NCBI GenBank assembly: GCA_031549605.1
Contig: JAVBPM010000051.1
Coordinates: 1 to 57,068 of the forward strand
Origin: Oscillospiraceae bacterium
Lineage (GTDB): Bacteria; Bacillota; Clostridia; Oscillospirales; UBA929
Direction of reading: 5' to 3'
Length of the DNA: 57,068 nucleotides
Below the pieces are notes generated by a model. The model made no database searches and was not told the origin of the DNA. It saw nothing but the letters and a program-made list of their open reading frames with translations. Positions 9,186 through 19,024 of this stretch are shown in pieces (position 1 is the first letter of the stretch; each line of letters begins with the position of its first letter). The position numbers and the translations under genes were made by a program.

Positions 9186-11533
9186 GGTTGCTCCTCCTTT
9201 TGCGCCGTCGGTTGAGTGGCTTGCCCGAACTGGTCAAAGACCGACTGGTCGGGCACAATGGAATCCTCGTAGCTCATGGGGTCAAAATCGACCTGCATGG
9301 CGGTCGGCTGTACTTCAACGCGCAACGCCTGCAGCGGATCGTCGTCATCGTCTTGGGGTGGCGGCGCCGATTGTTCTTCGACGGGGTCGTAGGTGTATTG
9401 CCGGCCGTCGCCGTCGACATCGACGTAATCGTACTGCTCGTCGCCGTAGATTTCGGGCGGCTGAGTTTCCTCCGGCTCTGCGATGTCGGAAAAAACGGGG
9501 CGGCGTTTCATGGTGGCGAAAATGGCGCGGTCGAACAGCCAGAGCAATGCCGGCAGCACCAGCAGCACCATGGCGGTGGACAGTGCGGCACCGCGTCCGA
9601 CCAGCAGACCGATTTGCTTGATAGCCGCCTGCGAGGTTGTGGCGCTGAGCAGCAGGCCGCCGCTGGTGAAAATCAGGCCGGAGGTGAGGATGGAGAGTGA
9701 GCTGTTGCGCAGCGCCTCGACAACGGCGTCGTTGCGGTCGGCGCTTTCGCGCTCCTCCAGATAGCGGTTGGTAAAGAGAATGGCATAGTCGACCGTCGCG
9801 CCCAGCTGAATGGCGCTGAGGATTAAAAAGGCGATGAAAAAGAGCGGCGTGTTGGCAAAGTAGGGCACCGCCAGGTTAATCCATATGGCTGTTTCAATGG
9901 CCAGCACGACGATAAAGGGCAGCAGCAGCGCGCGGAACATAATCAGCAGCACCAGCAAAATCGCGGCAATGGCAATGTAGTTGACAATGTCGAGGTCGTG
10001 CTTGGACACGGTGTGCATATCGTAGTTGGTGGCCGGCTCACCGGCCAGGTAGTAGTTGTCGTAGTAGCCGCCGGCGATGGACTTGAGCTGCGCGATGGCG
10101 GTAAACGTGGCGTCGCCCTCGGCTTGCAGGTCGGTGGTGAGGATAAAGCGGCTGTATTGTTCGGACAGCAACTGGCGGCGCGTGGCCTCGTCGAGAAACT
10201 CGGGCGGTACGGCGGCGCCGACGGTGTCGACGTAGGAGGTGATGTTTTTGACAAAGGGCAGCGCGTGCAGGTCATGGCTGAGCTGCACTTCGCCGGCGGT
10301 GTTGCCGAGCGGCACGAGCAGCACCAGCGTACTCGATTCGCCAAACAGGTTGTTGATGGCGGCCGAGTCGCGGCCGACCTGTGTCGTTTCGTCAAACATA
10401 TGCGAGGCGCCAAAGTAGAACTGCGTACGGCGGTTGGCTAAAAATGAGGGCACGATTAAAATCAGCATCAGCAGCAGCGCGACAAAGCGCAGCTTGAACA
10501 CGGCGCGGCCAAACTTGCCGAAGCCGGGCAGAAAGGGCCTGTGGTGCGTCTTGTCAATCAGCGGGTAGGTCAGCAGCGCCAAACCGGGCAGCAGCACCAA
10601 CGCGGCCAGCAGCGACAGCACGATTGACTTGGCCATGACAATGCCCAAATCGGCGCCGATGCGGAACTGCATGAGAATCAGCGCGCAGAAGCCGATGAGC
10701 GTGGTCAGGCCGCTGCCCAGCACCGAGGAAAAGGCGCTGCGCAGCGCGTAGCGCATGGCCTCGACCGGCTCGTGGCCGGCGTCGCGGTACTCGGTGAAAC
10801 GGTGCAGCAGAAAGATGCAGTAGTCCATAGACACCGCCAGTTGGAGCACGGCGCACGCGGCGGCGGTGACAAAGGAGATGTTGTCGAAAAAGGCGTTGGC
10901 GCCCATGTTGATGGCGACGGCCACGGCGATGGTGACGAAAAACAGCACCGGCTCAAAATAAGAGCGGGTGGCCAGCAGCAGGATGACTAGCACCAGCGGG
11001 ATGACCAGCAGAATGACAACCGTCATTTGCTTACCCGTTTCTGAGGTGGCGGCGCCGACATTGACAGCGCTGCCGGCCATGGCGTTATCGGGCCCGATGA
11101 CGTCGCGGATGGCGGCGACGACGGTCTGTGTGTCGCCGGTGGCGGTAATCTGGTACAGCGCGGCGCTGTCTTTATAAAAGGCGTCGAGCAGCGCCGGGTC
11201 AAGCATAGACAGCGGTACGGTGGTGGAGGCCACGTCGTCGAGCCAGCGCACCGACTGCACACCCTCGACCTGACGCAGTTTGTCCTTCAGTTCCAGCGCC
11301 TGTGGCACCGTGACATTGCGCGCCATGACGCGCAAATTGGGTGCGCTGTCCTGAAACTCGCGCGTCATGACTTGATAGGCAATCGTTGAGGGCGAGTCCT
11401 CCGGCAGGTATTTGCCCAGGTCGTAGTTGATGCTGACCAGGGGTATGAGGAACACCGAAACGGCCAGCAACAGCGCAAAAAGCACCAGGATGGCCTTTCG
11501 GTGGTTGATGATGCCGTCAAACAGTCGTTGCAC
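9182..11533 (-). CDS. MMPL/RND family transporter
   Basis: INYDL..YLP.DS, LQLAVSMDYCIFLLHR, IQLGATVDYAIL; two TM bundles; GTG start after AGGAGG. Confidence 0.9.
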   Translation of the reverse strand: MQRLFDGIINHRKAILVLFALLLAVSVFLIPLVSINYDLGKYLPEDSPSTIAYQVMTREFQDSAPNLRVMARNVTVPQALELKDKLRQVEGVQSVRWLDDVASTTVPLSMLDPALLDAFYKDSAALYQITATGDTQTVVAAIRDVIGPDNAMAGSAVNVGAATSETGKQMTVVILLVIPLVLVILLLATRSYFEPVLFFVTIAVAVAINMGANAFFDNISFVTAAACAVLQLAVSMDYCIFLLHRFTEYRDAGHEPVEAMRYALRSAFSSVLGSGLTTLIGFCALILMQFRIGADLGIVMAKSIVLSLLAALVLLPGLALLTYPLIDKTHHRPFLPGFGKFGRAVFKLRFVALLLMLILIVPSFLANRRTQFYFGASHMFDETTQVGRDSAAINNLFGESSTLVLLVPLGNTAGEVQLSHDLHALPFVKNITSYVDTVGAAVPPEFLDEATRRQLLSEQYSRFILTTDLQAEGDATFTAIAQLKSIAGGYYDNYYLAGEPATNYDMHTVSKHDLDIVNYIAIAAILLVLLIMFRALLLPFIVVLAIETAIWINLAVPYFANTPLFFIAFLILSAIQLGATVDYAILFTNRYLEERESADRNDAVVEALRNSSLSILTSGLIFTSGGLLLSATTSQAAIKQIGLLVGRGAALSTAMVLLVLPALLWLFDRAIFATMKRRPVFSDIAEPEETQPPEIYGDEQYDYVDVDGDGRQYTYDPVEEQSAPPPQDDDDDPLQALRVEVQPTAMQVDFDPMSYEDSIVPDQSVFDQFGQATQPTAQKEEQP

Positions 11534-11559
11534 GCCTCTCACCTCCTATGTATGCAGGG

Positions 11560-12987
11560 CTAAGGATTGGCTCGCCATGTCAGCACCGGCTTGCGCGCGG
11601 CGCGCGTATCGTCGAGACGACCGACTACGGTGGTGTGCGGCGCGGTGTGCGGCGTCTCGGGCGAGGTCTCGGCCTCGTTCAGTATGGTGGTCATGGTCTC
11701 GACAAACTGGTCAAGCGTCTGCTTGCTCTCGGTTTCAGTCGGCTCAAACATCATGGCCTCGCGCACGATGAGCGGGAAGTAGATGGTGGGCGGATGGACG
11801 GAAAAGTCAATCATGCGCTTGGCGAGGTCGAGGGCGCTGACGCCCTTGTCCTTTTGCGGCAAGGCCGTGGCGACAAATTCGTGCATACAGCGGCGCGGAT
11901 AGGCGATTTTCAGCTTGTCGGACAGCCGAGCCATGAGATAATTGGCGTTGAGCACGGCGTCGCGGGCGACCTGAGTCAGCCCGTCGCCGCCCATCGAGAG
12001 CAGGTAGGCGTAGGCGCGCACCAACACGCCGAAGTTGCCGTAGTAGGAGCGCACGCGGCCAATCGACTGCGGCCGGTCGGTGTCCAGTGTCGCGTCGTTT
12101 GTAATGACGGGCACCGGCAGGAAGGGTGCGAGCGCCGCCTTGACGCCGACAGGTCCGGCGCCCGGGCCTCCACCGCCGTGTGGCGTTGAAAAGGTCTTGT
12201 GCAGGTTGAGGTGAATGACGTCAAATCCCATGTCGCCGGGTCGGGTGATGCCGACAATGGCGTTGGCGTTGGCGCCGTCGTAGTAGAGCAGACCGCCACT
12301 GGCGTGTACCAGCTCGGCGATTTGCATGATGTTGGGCTCAAAGAGGCCCAGCGTGCTGGGATTGGTCAGCATCAGCGCCGCGACGCTGTCGTCGAGATGC
12401 GCTTTGAGGTCGTCGAGGTCGACGTTGCCCTGCTGGTCTGATTTTATTTCGACGCAGTCGAAGCCGCACAGCGCCGCCGAAGCGGGGTTGGTGCCATGGG
12501 CCGTGTCGGGAATGAGCACAGTCTTGCGCTTGTCGTCGTTGCGCGCGCGGTGGTAGGCGGCGATCATCATCATGCCGGTCATCTCGCCGTGTGCACCGGC
12601 GGCCGGCTGCAAGGTGAAGGCGTCCATGCCGGTAATGGCGCACAGCTGGCGCTGCAAATCGGCCATCAGCGTCAGACAGCCGCGGCTGAGTGACGGGTCA
12701 ACGGCCGGATGCACGCCGGCAAAGCCGTCGAGCGCGGCCAGCGCCTCGTTGAGCTTGGGGTTGTATTTCATGGTGCAGGAGCCGAGCGGGTACAGGCCCG
12801 AGTCGACGCCGAAGTTGAGCCGCGACAGCGCCGTATAGTGACGCACGACCTCGGGCTCGGACAGCTGGGGCAGGTCGGGCGCTTGCGCGCGCAACGGCAG
12901 ACCGGCGAGGTTGACCTCAGGCACGTCACAGACGGGCAGCGAGCAGCCGACGCGGCCGCTTACGCTCTTTTCTATCGACAGTTTCAT
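11560..12987 (-). CDS. gcvPB: Glycine dehydrogenase subunit 2
   Basis: YPLGSCTMKYNP, AHGTNPASA, HLNLHKTFSTPHGGGGPG, EPTETE. Confidence 0.97.
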   Translation of the reverse strand: MKLSIEKSVSGRVGCSLPVCDVPEVNLAGLPLRAQAPDLPQLSEPEVVRHYTALSRLNFGVDSGLYPLGSCTMKYNPKLNEALAALDGFAGVHPAVDPSLSRGCLTLMADLQRQLCAITGMDAFTLQPAAGAHGEMTGMMMIAAYHRARNDDKRKTVLIPDTAHGTNPASAALCGFDCVEIKSDQQGNVDLDDLKAHLDDSVAALMLTNPSTLGLFEPNIMQIAELVHASGGLLYYDGANANAIVGITRPGDMGFDVIHLNLHKTFSTPHGGGGPGAGPVGVKAALAPFLPVPVITNDATLDTDRPQSIGRVRSYYGNFGVLVRAYAYLLSMGGDGLTQVARDAVLNANYLMARLSDKLKIAYPRRCMHEFVATALPQKDKGVSALDLAKRMIDFSVHPPTIYFPLIVREAMMFEPTETESKQTLDQFVETMTTILNEAETSPETPHTAPHTTVVGRLDDTRAARKPVLTWRANP

Positions 12988-14327
12988 GCGTTGCTCACCG
13001 CCTTCGCCACGTAGTTGTCCAACTGCGCGCGGCTGTATTTCTCAGTTGCAGCCACCAACAGGCCGTTGGCCAGCCCGTCGCGTTGCGACAGGTCGATGCC
13101 GGGCAGAATGCCCTCGTCGTTCATGCGGCGCTGCCAAGCGGCAAAGTCGCTGCCGGTGTAGCGCAGCGCGAACTCGTAGAGAAACGGCGCGTCATACAGC
13201 GGCGCAAAGTGGCCGGTGGCGACGAGTGCGTCGTGCAGATAGCGCGCCTTGGCGGCGCTCTGGCGCGCGACGTCGGCCAGCCCGTCGGGGCCCATGGCGG
13301 TCAGGTACACCGACGCGGCCAATGTACACAGCGCCTGATTGCTGCAAATGTTGGAGGTGGCTTTTTCGCGGCGGATGTGCTGCTCGCGCGCCTGCATGGT
13401 CAGCACAAAACCGCGGTTGTTGTTGGCGTCGGCGGTCTGGCCGACGATGCGGCCGGGCATACGGCGCAGCAGCGCGTTGGTGGCGGTCATAAAGCCGAAC
13501 CCGGGGCCGCCGAAGCTGAGCGACAGGCCAAGCGGCTGACCCTCGCCGACGCAAATGTCGGCGCCCAGTGTGGCTGGGGCTTCGAGAACGGCACAGGCGA
13601 CGGGGTCGGTCAGCACAATCAGCAGCGCGCCGCACGTGTGGGCTGCGGCTGCCGCTGCGGCAATGTCCTCGACAATGCCGTAGGCGTTGGGCGACTGCAC
13701 GACGACGGCGGCCACACTGTCTTGGCAGGCCGATTGCAGCGCTTGAGCGTCAAACGTGCCGTTGGTCTGCGGTGGCAGATGGGTCAACGAAAAGTCGTTG
13801 AACTGGCCGTAGGTGGCGCAAACGGCGCGCGCCTGACCGTCTACCGCACCGGCAAAGACGAGCCGGTGGCGGCTGGTGGCGTGGCCGGCCATCAGCATGG
13901 CTTCGGCGACGGCCGAAGCGCCGTCATAGAGCGAGGCGTTGGCAACGTCGTGGCCGGTCAGTGCGGTGATCATGCTCTGGTACTCGAAAGTGGCCTGCAA
14001 GGTGCCCTGACTCATCTCGGCCTGATAGGGCGTGTAGGCGGTGAGAAATTCCTGCCGTGAGACCAGTGACGGCACGACACTGGGGATAAAACGGTCATAC
14101 ACGCCACCGCCCATAAAACAGTCGTAGCCAGCGGTTGAAGCGTTTTGCGCCGCCAGCGCGCGCACGGTGCGCGACACCGCCAGCTCGCTCTGCGCGGCGG
14201 GCAGGTCGAGCGAGGTCAGGCGCAACGCGGGCGGGATGTCGGCAAATAAATCTTCGGCGCAAGAAATGCCAATGACCGCCAGCATACTCTGGCGGTCGGC
14301 ATCGGTGTGCGGTAAGTAACGGTGCAT
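12984..14327 (-). CDS. gcvPA: Glycine dehydrogenase subunit 1
   Basis: EFLTAYTPYQAEMSQG, NASLYDG, REQHIRREKATSNICSNQ. Confidence 0.97.
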   Translation of the reverse strand: MHRYLPHTDADRQSMLAVIGISCAEDLFADIPPALRLTSLDLPAAQSELAVSRTVRALAAQNASTAGYDCFMGGGVYDRFIPSVVPSLVSRQEFLTAYTPYQAEMSQGTLQATFEYQSMITALTGHDVANASLYDGASAVAEAMLMAGHATSRHRLVFAGAVDGQARAVCATYGQFNDFSLTHLPPQTNGTFDAQALQSACQDSVAAVVVQSPNAYGIVEDIAAAAAAAHTCGALLIVLTDPVACAVLEAPATLGADICVGEGQPLGLSLSFGGPGFGFMTATNALLRRMPGRIVGQTADANNNRGFVLTMQAREQHIRREKATSNICSNQALCTLAASVYLTAMGPDGLADVARQSAAKARYLHDALVATGHFAPLYDAPFLYEFALRYTGSDFAAWQRRMNDEGILPGIDLSQRDGLANGLLVAATEKYSRAQLDNYVAKAVSNA

Positions 14328-14331
14328 GGCC

Positions 14332-14706
14332 TTAACCCTGCATCGCGCAGAAGGCGTCGTAGTCGTCTAAGGACATCAACGCGTCCAGCTGCGTTTCGTC
14401 GTCCAATTCAACGGCAACGAGCCAGTTTTCGTAGGGGTCCTCATTGAGCAGCTCGGGTGCGTCGGCCAGCGCCTCATTGATTTCGATAACCTTGCCGGTA
14501 ACCGGCGCGTAGATGTCGCTGACGGCTTTGACCGACTCGACCGAGCCGAACACCTTGCCCGCCTGTACCTGCGAGCCCACCTTGGGCAGGTCGGCAAAGA
14601 CAATGTCACCCAGTGAGTGCTGTGCGTAGTCGCTGATGCCGACGTAAACGGTGCCGTTTTGGGTGCCCACCCACTCATGCTCTTTGGTGAATCTCAAATT
14701 ATCCAT
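14332..14706 (-). CDS. gcvH: Glycine cleavage system H protein
   Basis: HEWV, GISDYAQ..LGD, VESVKAVSD lipoyl-lysine motif. Confidence 0.97.
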   Translation of the reverse strand: MDNLRFTKEHEWVGTQNGTVYVGISDYAQHSLGDIVFADLPKVGSQVQAGKVFGSVESVKAVSDIYAPVTGKVIEINEALADAPELLNEDPYENWLVAVELDDETQLDALMSLDDYDAFCAMQG

Positions 14707-14722
14707 AATATCCTCCTGTGTG

Positions 14723-15823
<1,101 letters not shown>

Positions 15824-15851
15824 GTCCCACCCTCCTACTTATGTTAACACT

Positions 15852-15880
15852 ATTTTAATATAGTAGGGTGGGTTTGTAAA
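15852..15880 (-). promoter_or_regulatory. Sigma-A promoter of the gcv operon
   Basis: Minus strand TTTACA-17 bp-TAAAAT. Confidence 0.65.
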
Positions 15881-15889
15881 GGCGTTTGG

Positions 15890-18172
15890 CTATTTTTTCC
15901 TGTCCAGCTTTTGCACTCGCTTCTTGATGACGTCGCACAGCTCGGCGGCCGTCTCCATGTCCTCGCCCTCGGCGATGATGCGCAGGGCGCTGCGCGCCGT
16001 CAGCGGCGCGACGGTGACCCAACCGGTGCCGACGCGCAGGCGCAGGCCCTGGCCCTGTTCGCTCTGCGACGACTGCTCGGCCAGCGCGCGCATGACGGCG
16101 CCGCGGTCGATTTGCAGCGGCACTTCTATGCTGGTGGTGGAAAAGGCGGGCACGCGGCGGTTTAGCTCGTTGAGCGTCAGGCCAAGCCGTGTCAGACCGT
16201 CGGCTAGCAGGCAGGCGCGGGCACAGGCGTCGCGCATGAACAGCTGACGGGCAAGCAACGCCGAGGCTTCGGGGCCGTCGCGGTCGACGCGCAGCAGGAT
16301 GGCGCTGAGCTGCGATGCCCAGCTGTCGAGGCAGGCGGGCGCGTCATAGGGCACGGCGACGGCGGGCACGCCGTTGTGCCACGCCAGCCAGCAGCCGAGC
16401 GCCAGCAAGCGGTCGGCAGGCAGGTCGAGCCCGTGCTCGTCGGTGGCGACCAATTGAAAGCCGTCATCGTCGATGCCCAGCATGGGCAGCGCGTCGGCGT
16501 TTCTAGTGACGCGGCAGCCGGTTGCCTCGAGTGCGTGACGCAGCAACGTGGCGCTGACGGGGTGGCCGCTGACCGACAGCGGCAGCGTTGCCTGGCCCTG
16601 CGCGGCCAGTGACAGGTAGACAGAGGCGCTGCCGCGCAATGATTCGGCGGTGCCGATCCTGTCGGGGTCGGCGGCGGTGGTGTCGCCGCGCCGCGCTGCG
16701 CCCTCAATTTTGCGCTCCAGCTCGCGGCCGATGGGCAGGCCGTTGCGGTCGAATAGCTGTAAGGCTGTTTTGGCGCCGTTTTGGCGGATGAAGAGCGTCA
16801 GCGCCCAATCCTGCTGCTGGCCGACGGCGGCCGAAACGGCGGCGGTGGGCGCGTCGTGGGCGACAGTGCTCAGTCCGGCGGCGTTGCAGCAGGCCGACAG
16901 CAGTTCGGCAATGACACGCGCCTGCTCGCCGCCGGTGTGGGCGATGCCCAGCTTGCCCTGCACCGCTTGCGCCAGCGCGTTGCCCAGCCGCAGGCAGAAG
17001 TCGGGCGACAGGTCGGCGTGGCTGCGGCTTTGCATACGGCCCTCGCCGTCAAAGGTCAGCTCGCGACGCACGCAGCCGGTGGCAATGCTGCCGCAGACAT
17101 GGTCGCCGTCGGGTACCTCCTTGTCCGGCCAAAGGCGGCTGTGCTCGTGCAGTACGGCGTGGCTGCCGACGACGCTGTTTTCGCCGACGACACTGCCCTC
17201 GCTGAGCACGGCACCCGGCTTGATCGTTGCACCGCGGCAGACGATGGCGCCGACAGCCTGCACGCCGGCGGCCAAATGCGCGCCGTCGACCAGTGCTTGC
17301 TCGACTATGGCGCCGCTGGCGACACTGCTGCCGCTGCACAGCACGGCGTGCGGGCCGATTCGACAGCCGGGCTGCAGCAGCACGTCGGTGCCGATGTAGC
17401 AGGGCGGCGTGACAACGACGCCGTCAGGCACGTGCGATTGCACGTTGGCGGCAAAGAGCGGCACTTGGCCGTTGAGCGCGTCAAAGTGACAGCGCAGATA
17501 AGACTGCGGGTCGCCGATGTCGCACCAGTAGCCGGCGGCCTCATAGCCGAACAGGCGGCTGCCCTGCCGCATCAGTAACGGAAACAAGTCGCGGGCGAAG
17601 TCAAACACGGTGTCGGACGGGATATGCGACAGCACGCGCGGGTCGAGGATGTAGATGCCGGTGTTGACGAGGTCGGAAAAGACTTGGCGCCATGACGGCT
17701 TTTCAATAAAACGGTCGACGCGGCCGTCGGGCTGCAGCATGACGAGCCCGTAGTCGAGCAGCTCGTCCTGTCGCTTGAGCAGCAGTGTGACGTCAGCCTG
17801 TTTGGCGCGGTGGTAGGCCAGCGCGGCGCTGAGGTCAAAGTCGCAGACGGCGTCGCCGCTGATGACCAGCAGGCAGTCGTCCTGACAGCCGCGCATGGCG
17901 GCGGCCACGCCACCGGCGGTGCCCAGCGCTTTTTCCTCCACGGCGTAGCGCAGGTTGACGCCCCAAGCGCTGCCGTCGCCGAAATAGTCGGTGATGCAGT
18001 GGGGCATAAACTGTAGCGTGGCGGTTATGTCGCAGAAATCATGGCGGCGCAATAGCAGCAGGCTGTGCTCCAGCACCGGCTTGTCGAAAAGACGCACCAT
18101 GGGCTTGGGACGGTTGCAGCTTATCGGTCGCAAACGCGACCCCTCGCCGCCGGCTAACATCACGGCTTTCAT
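15890..18172 (-). CDS. Sugar-phosphate nucleotidyltransferase (mannose-1-P guanylyltransferase-like) fused to a left-handed beta-helix and a degenerate phosphomannomutase domain
   Basis: MKAVMLAGGEGSRLRP...KPM, LGTAGGV, F.EKP, GYWCDIG; hexapeptide repeats; PMM-like C-terminus; ATG at 18172 after GGAGG. Confidence 0.85.
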   Translation of the reverse strand: MKAVMLAGGEGSRLRPISCNRPKPMVRLFDKPVLEHSLLLLRRHDFCDITATLQFMPHCITDYFGDGSAWGVNLRYAVEEKALGTAGGVAAAMRGCQDDCLLVISGDAVCDFDLSAALAYHRAKQADVTLLLKRQDELLDYGLVMLQPDGRVDRFIEKPSWRQVFSDLVNTGIYILDPRVLSHIPSDTVFDFARDLFPLLMRQGSRLFGYEAAGYWCDIGDPQSYLRCHFDALNGQVPLFAANVQSHVPDGVVVTPPCYIGTDVLLQPGCRIGPHAVLCSGSSVASGAIVEQALVDGAHLAAGVQAVGAIVCRGATIKPGAVLSEGSVVGENSVVGSHAVLHEHSRLWPDKEVPDGDHVCGSIATGCVRRELTFDGEGRMQSRSHADLSPDFCLRLGNALAQAVQGKLGIAHTGGEQARVIAELLSACCNAAGLSTVAHDAPTAAVSAAVGQQQDWALTLFIRQNGAKTALQLFDRNGLPIGRELERKIEGAARRGDTTAADPDRIGTAESLRGSASVYLSLAAQGQATLPLSVSGHPVSATLLRHALEATGCRVTRNADALPMLGIDDDGFQLVATDEHGLDLPADRLLALGCWLAWHNGVPAVAVPYDAPACLDSWASQLSAILLRVDRDGPEASALLARQLFMRDACARACLLADGLTRLGLTLNELNRRVPAFSTTSIEVPLQIDRGAVMRALAEQSSQSEQGQGLRLRVGTGWVTVAPLTARSALRIIAEGEDMETAAELCDVIKKRVQKLDRKK

Positions 18173-18202
18173 ACTCAACCTCCGGTTTTGTTGTTCGTCG
18201 GT

Positions 18203-18231
18203 TAGTATGGTCGAGGGTGCGGCAAATATGC
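18203..18231 (-). promoter_or_regulatory. Sporulation sigma factor (SigG- or SigE-type) promoter
   Basis: Minus strand GCATA-17 bp-CATACTA. Confidence 0.6.
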
Positions 18232-18450
18232 AACCGAGACAGATCATCTTGTCGAAATATGGCAAAAAACGTCGGACGAAATGTAAATAAACTAGTTAAT
18301 TTCGCTTGTTATTGTTTTTAATTTTTTTTGGGGTATGATGAACATAGTATCAGGCTGATATAATTTGATGGGAGTGAGGTGCTGCTGTGATTGAATGTGG
18401 TAAGATTGAATGTAAATTTAGTAACAATACGCTGAAAGGGGTCTTTTGAA

Positions 18451-18972
18451 ATGAAACAAAGAACAACCAAGCGTTTGGTCTGCACACTGCTGGTCGGACT
18501 TGTAGCCGCTGTTTCCGCAGGCCTGGCTTTTGGACTTGATTTGAGCAAGGTTGATGAAGTCAAGGAAGAAAAACAGCAGGAGTATCAGGCGCAGGTCGAC
18601 GAGTTTAACGCGCTGAAATACGACGTAAACGACTATTCGGCCACCGAGTATGACAAGCTGGTTGACCAAGCGGTCGAAGAGATGGTGCAGGCCGACAAGC
18701 AGGCTGTGGCCGACGGGCTGGTTACGCTGCCGCCTATGACCAAGGAACTGCTGCTTCAAAACCTGTACGACATCACAGGCGGGCCGCGCGACATCGCACT
18801 GCAAGAAGCCGCCAGCCCAATCAAATCGAAACTGGGCCAACTGGCTACGGCCTATGTCGCTAAAGTCGACGCCCTCCGAAAACGCGTTGAGCTGGCCAAC
18901 GAAGAAGACCTTACAAGCTACATCACAGAATACAACGCGCTGCTCAACGAGCAATGGTGGGCGGGCGCCTGA
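18451..18972 (+). CDS. Hypothetical exported or membrane-anchored helical protein
   Basis: 173 aa; RBS AAAGGGG; basic plus hydrophobic N-terminus; acidic helical body; followed by a terminator. Confidence 0.75.
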   Translation: MKQRTTKRLVCTLLVGLVAAVSAGLAFGLDLSKVDEVKEEKQQEYQAQVDEFNALKYDVNDYSATEYDKLVDQAVEEMVQADKQAVADGLVTLPPMTKELLLQNLYDITGGPRDIALQEAASPIKSKLGQLATAYVAKVDALRKRVELANEEDLTSYITEYNALLNEQWWAGA

Positions 18973-18982
18973 ACTGAATAGT

Positions 18983-19024
18983 AAAACGGCGTGGCCCTGT
19001 GCGACAGTGGCCACGCCGTTTTTT
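18983..19024. terminator. Bidirectional terminator
   Basis: AAAACGGCGTGGCC...GGCCACGCCGTTTTTT between convergent genes. Confidence 0.85.

Noticed and set aside
15824-15889. Glycine riboswitch upstream of gcvT
   Set aside because: The gap is only 66 bp and lacks the aptamer's GGAGA/CCGAAG/CTCTCAGG motifs
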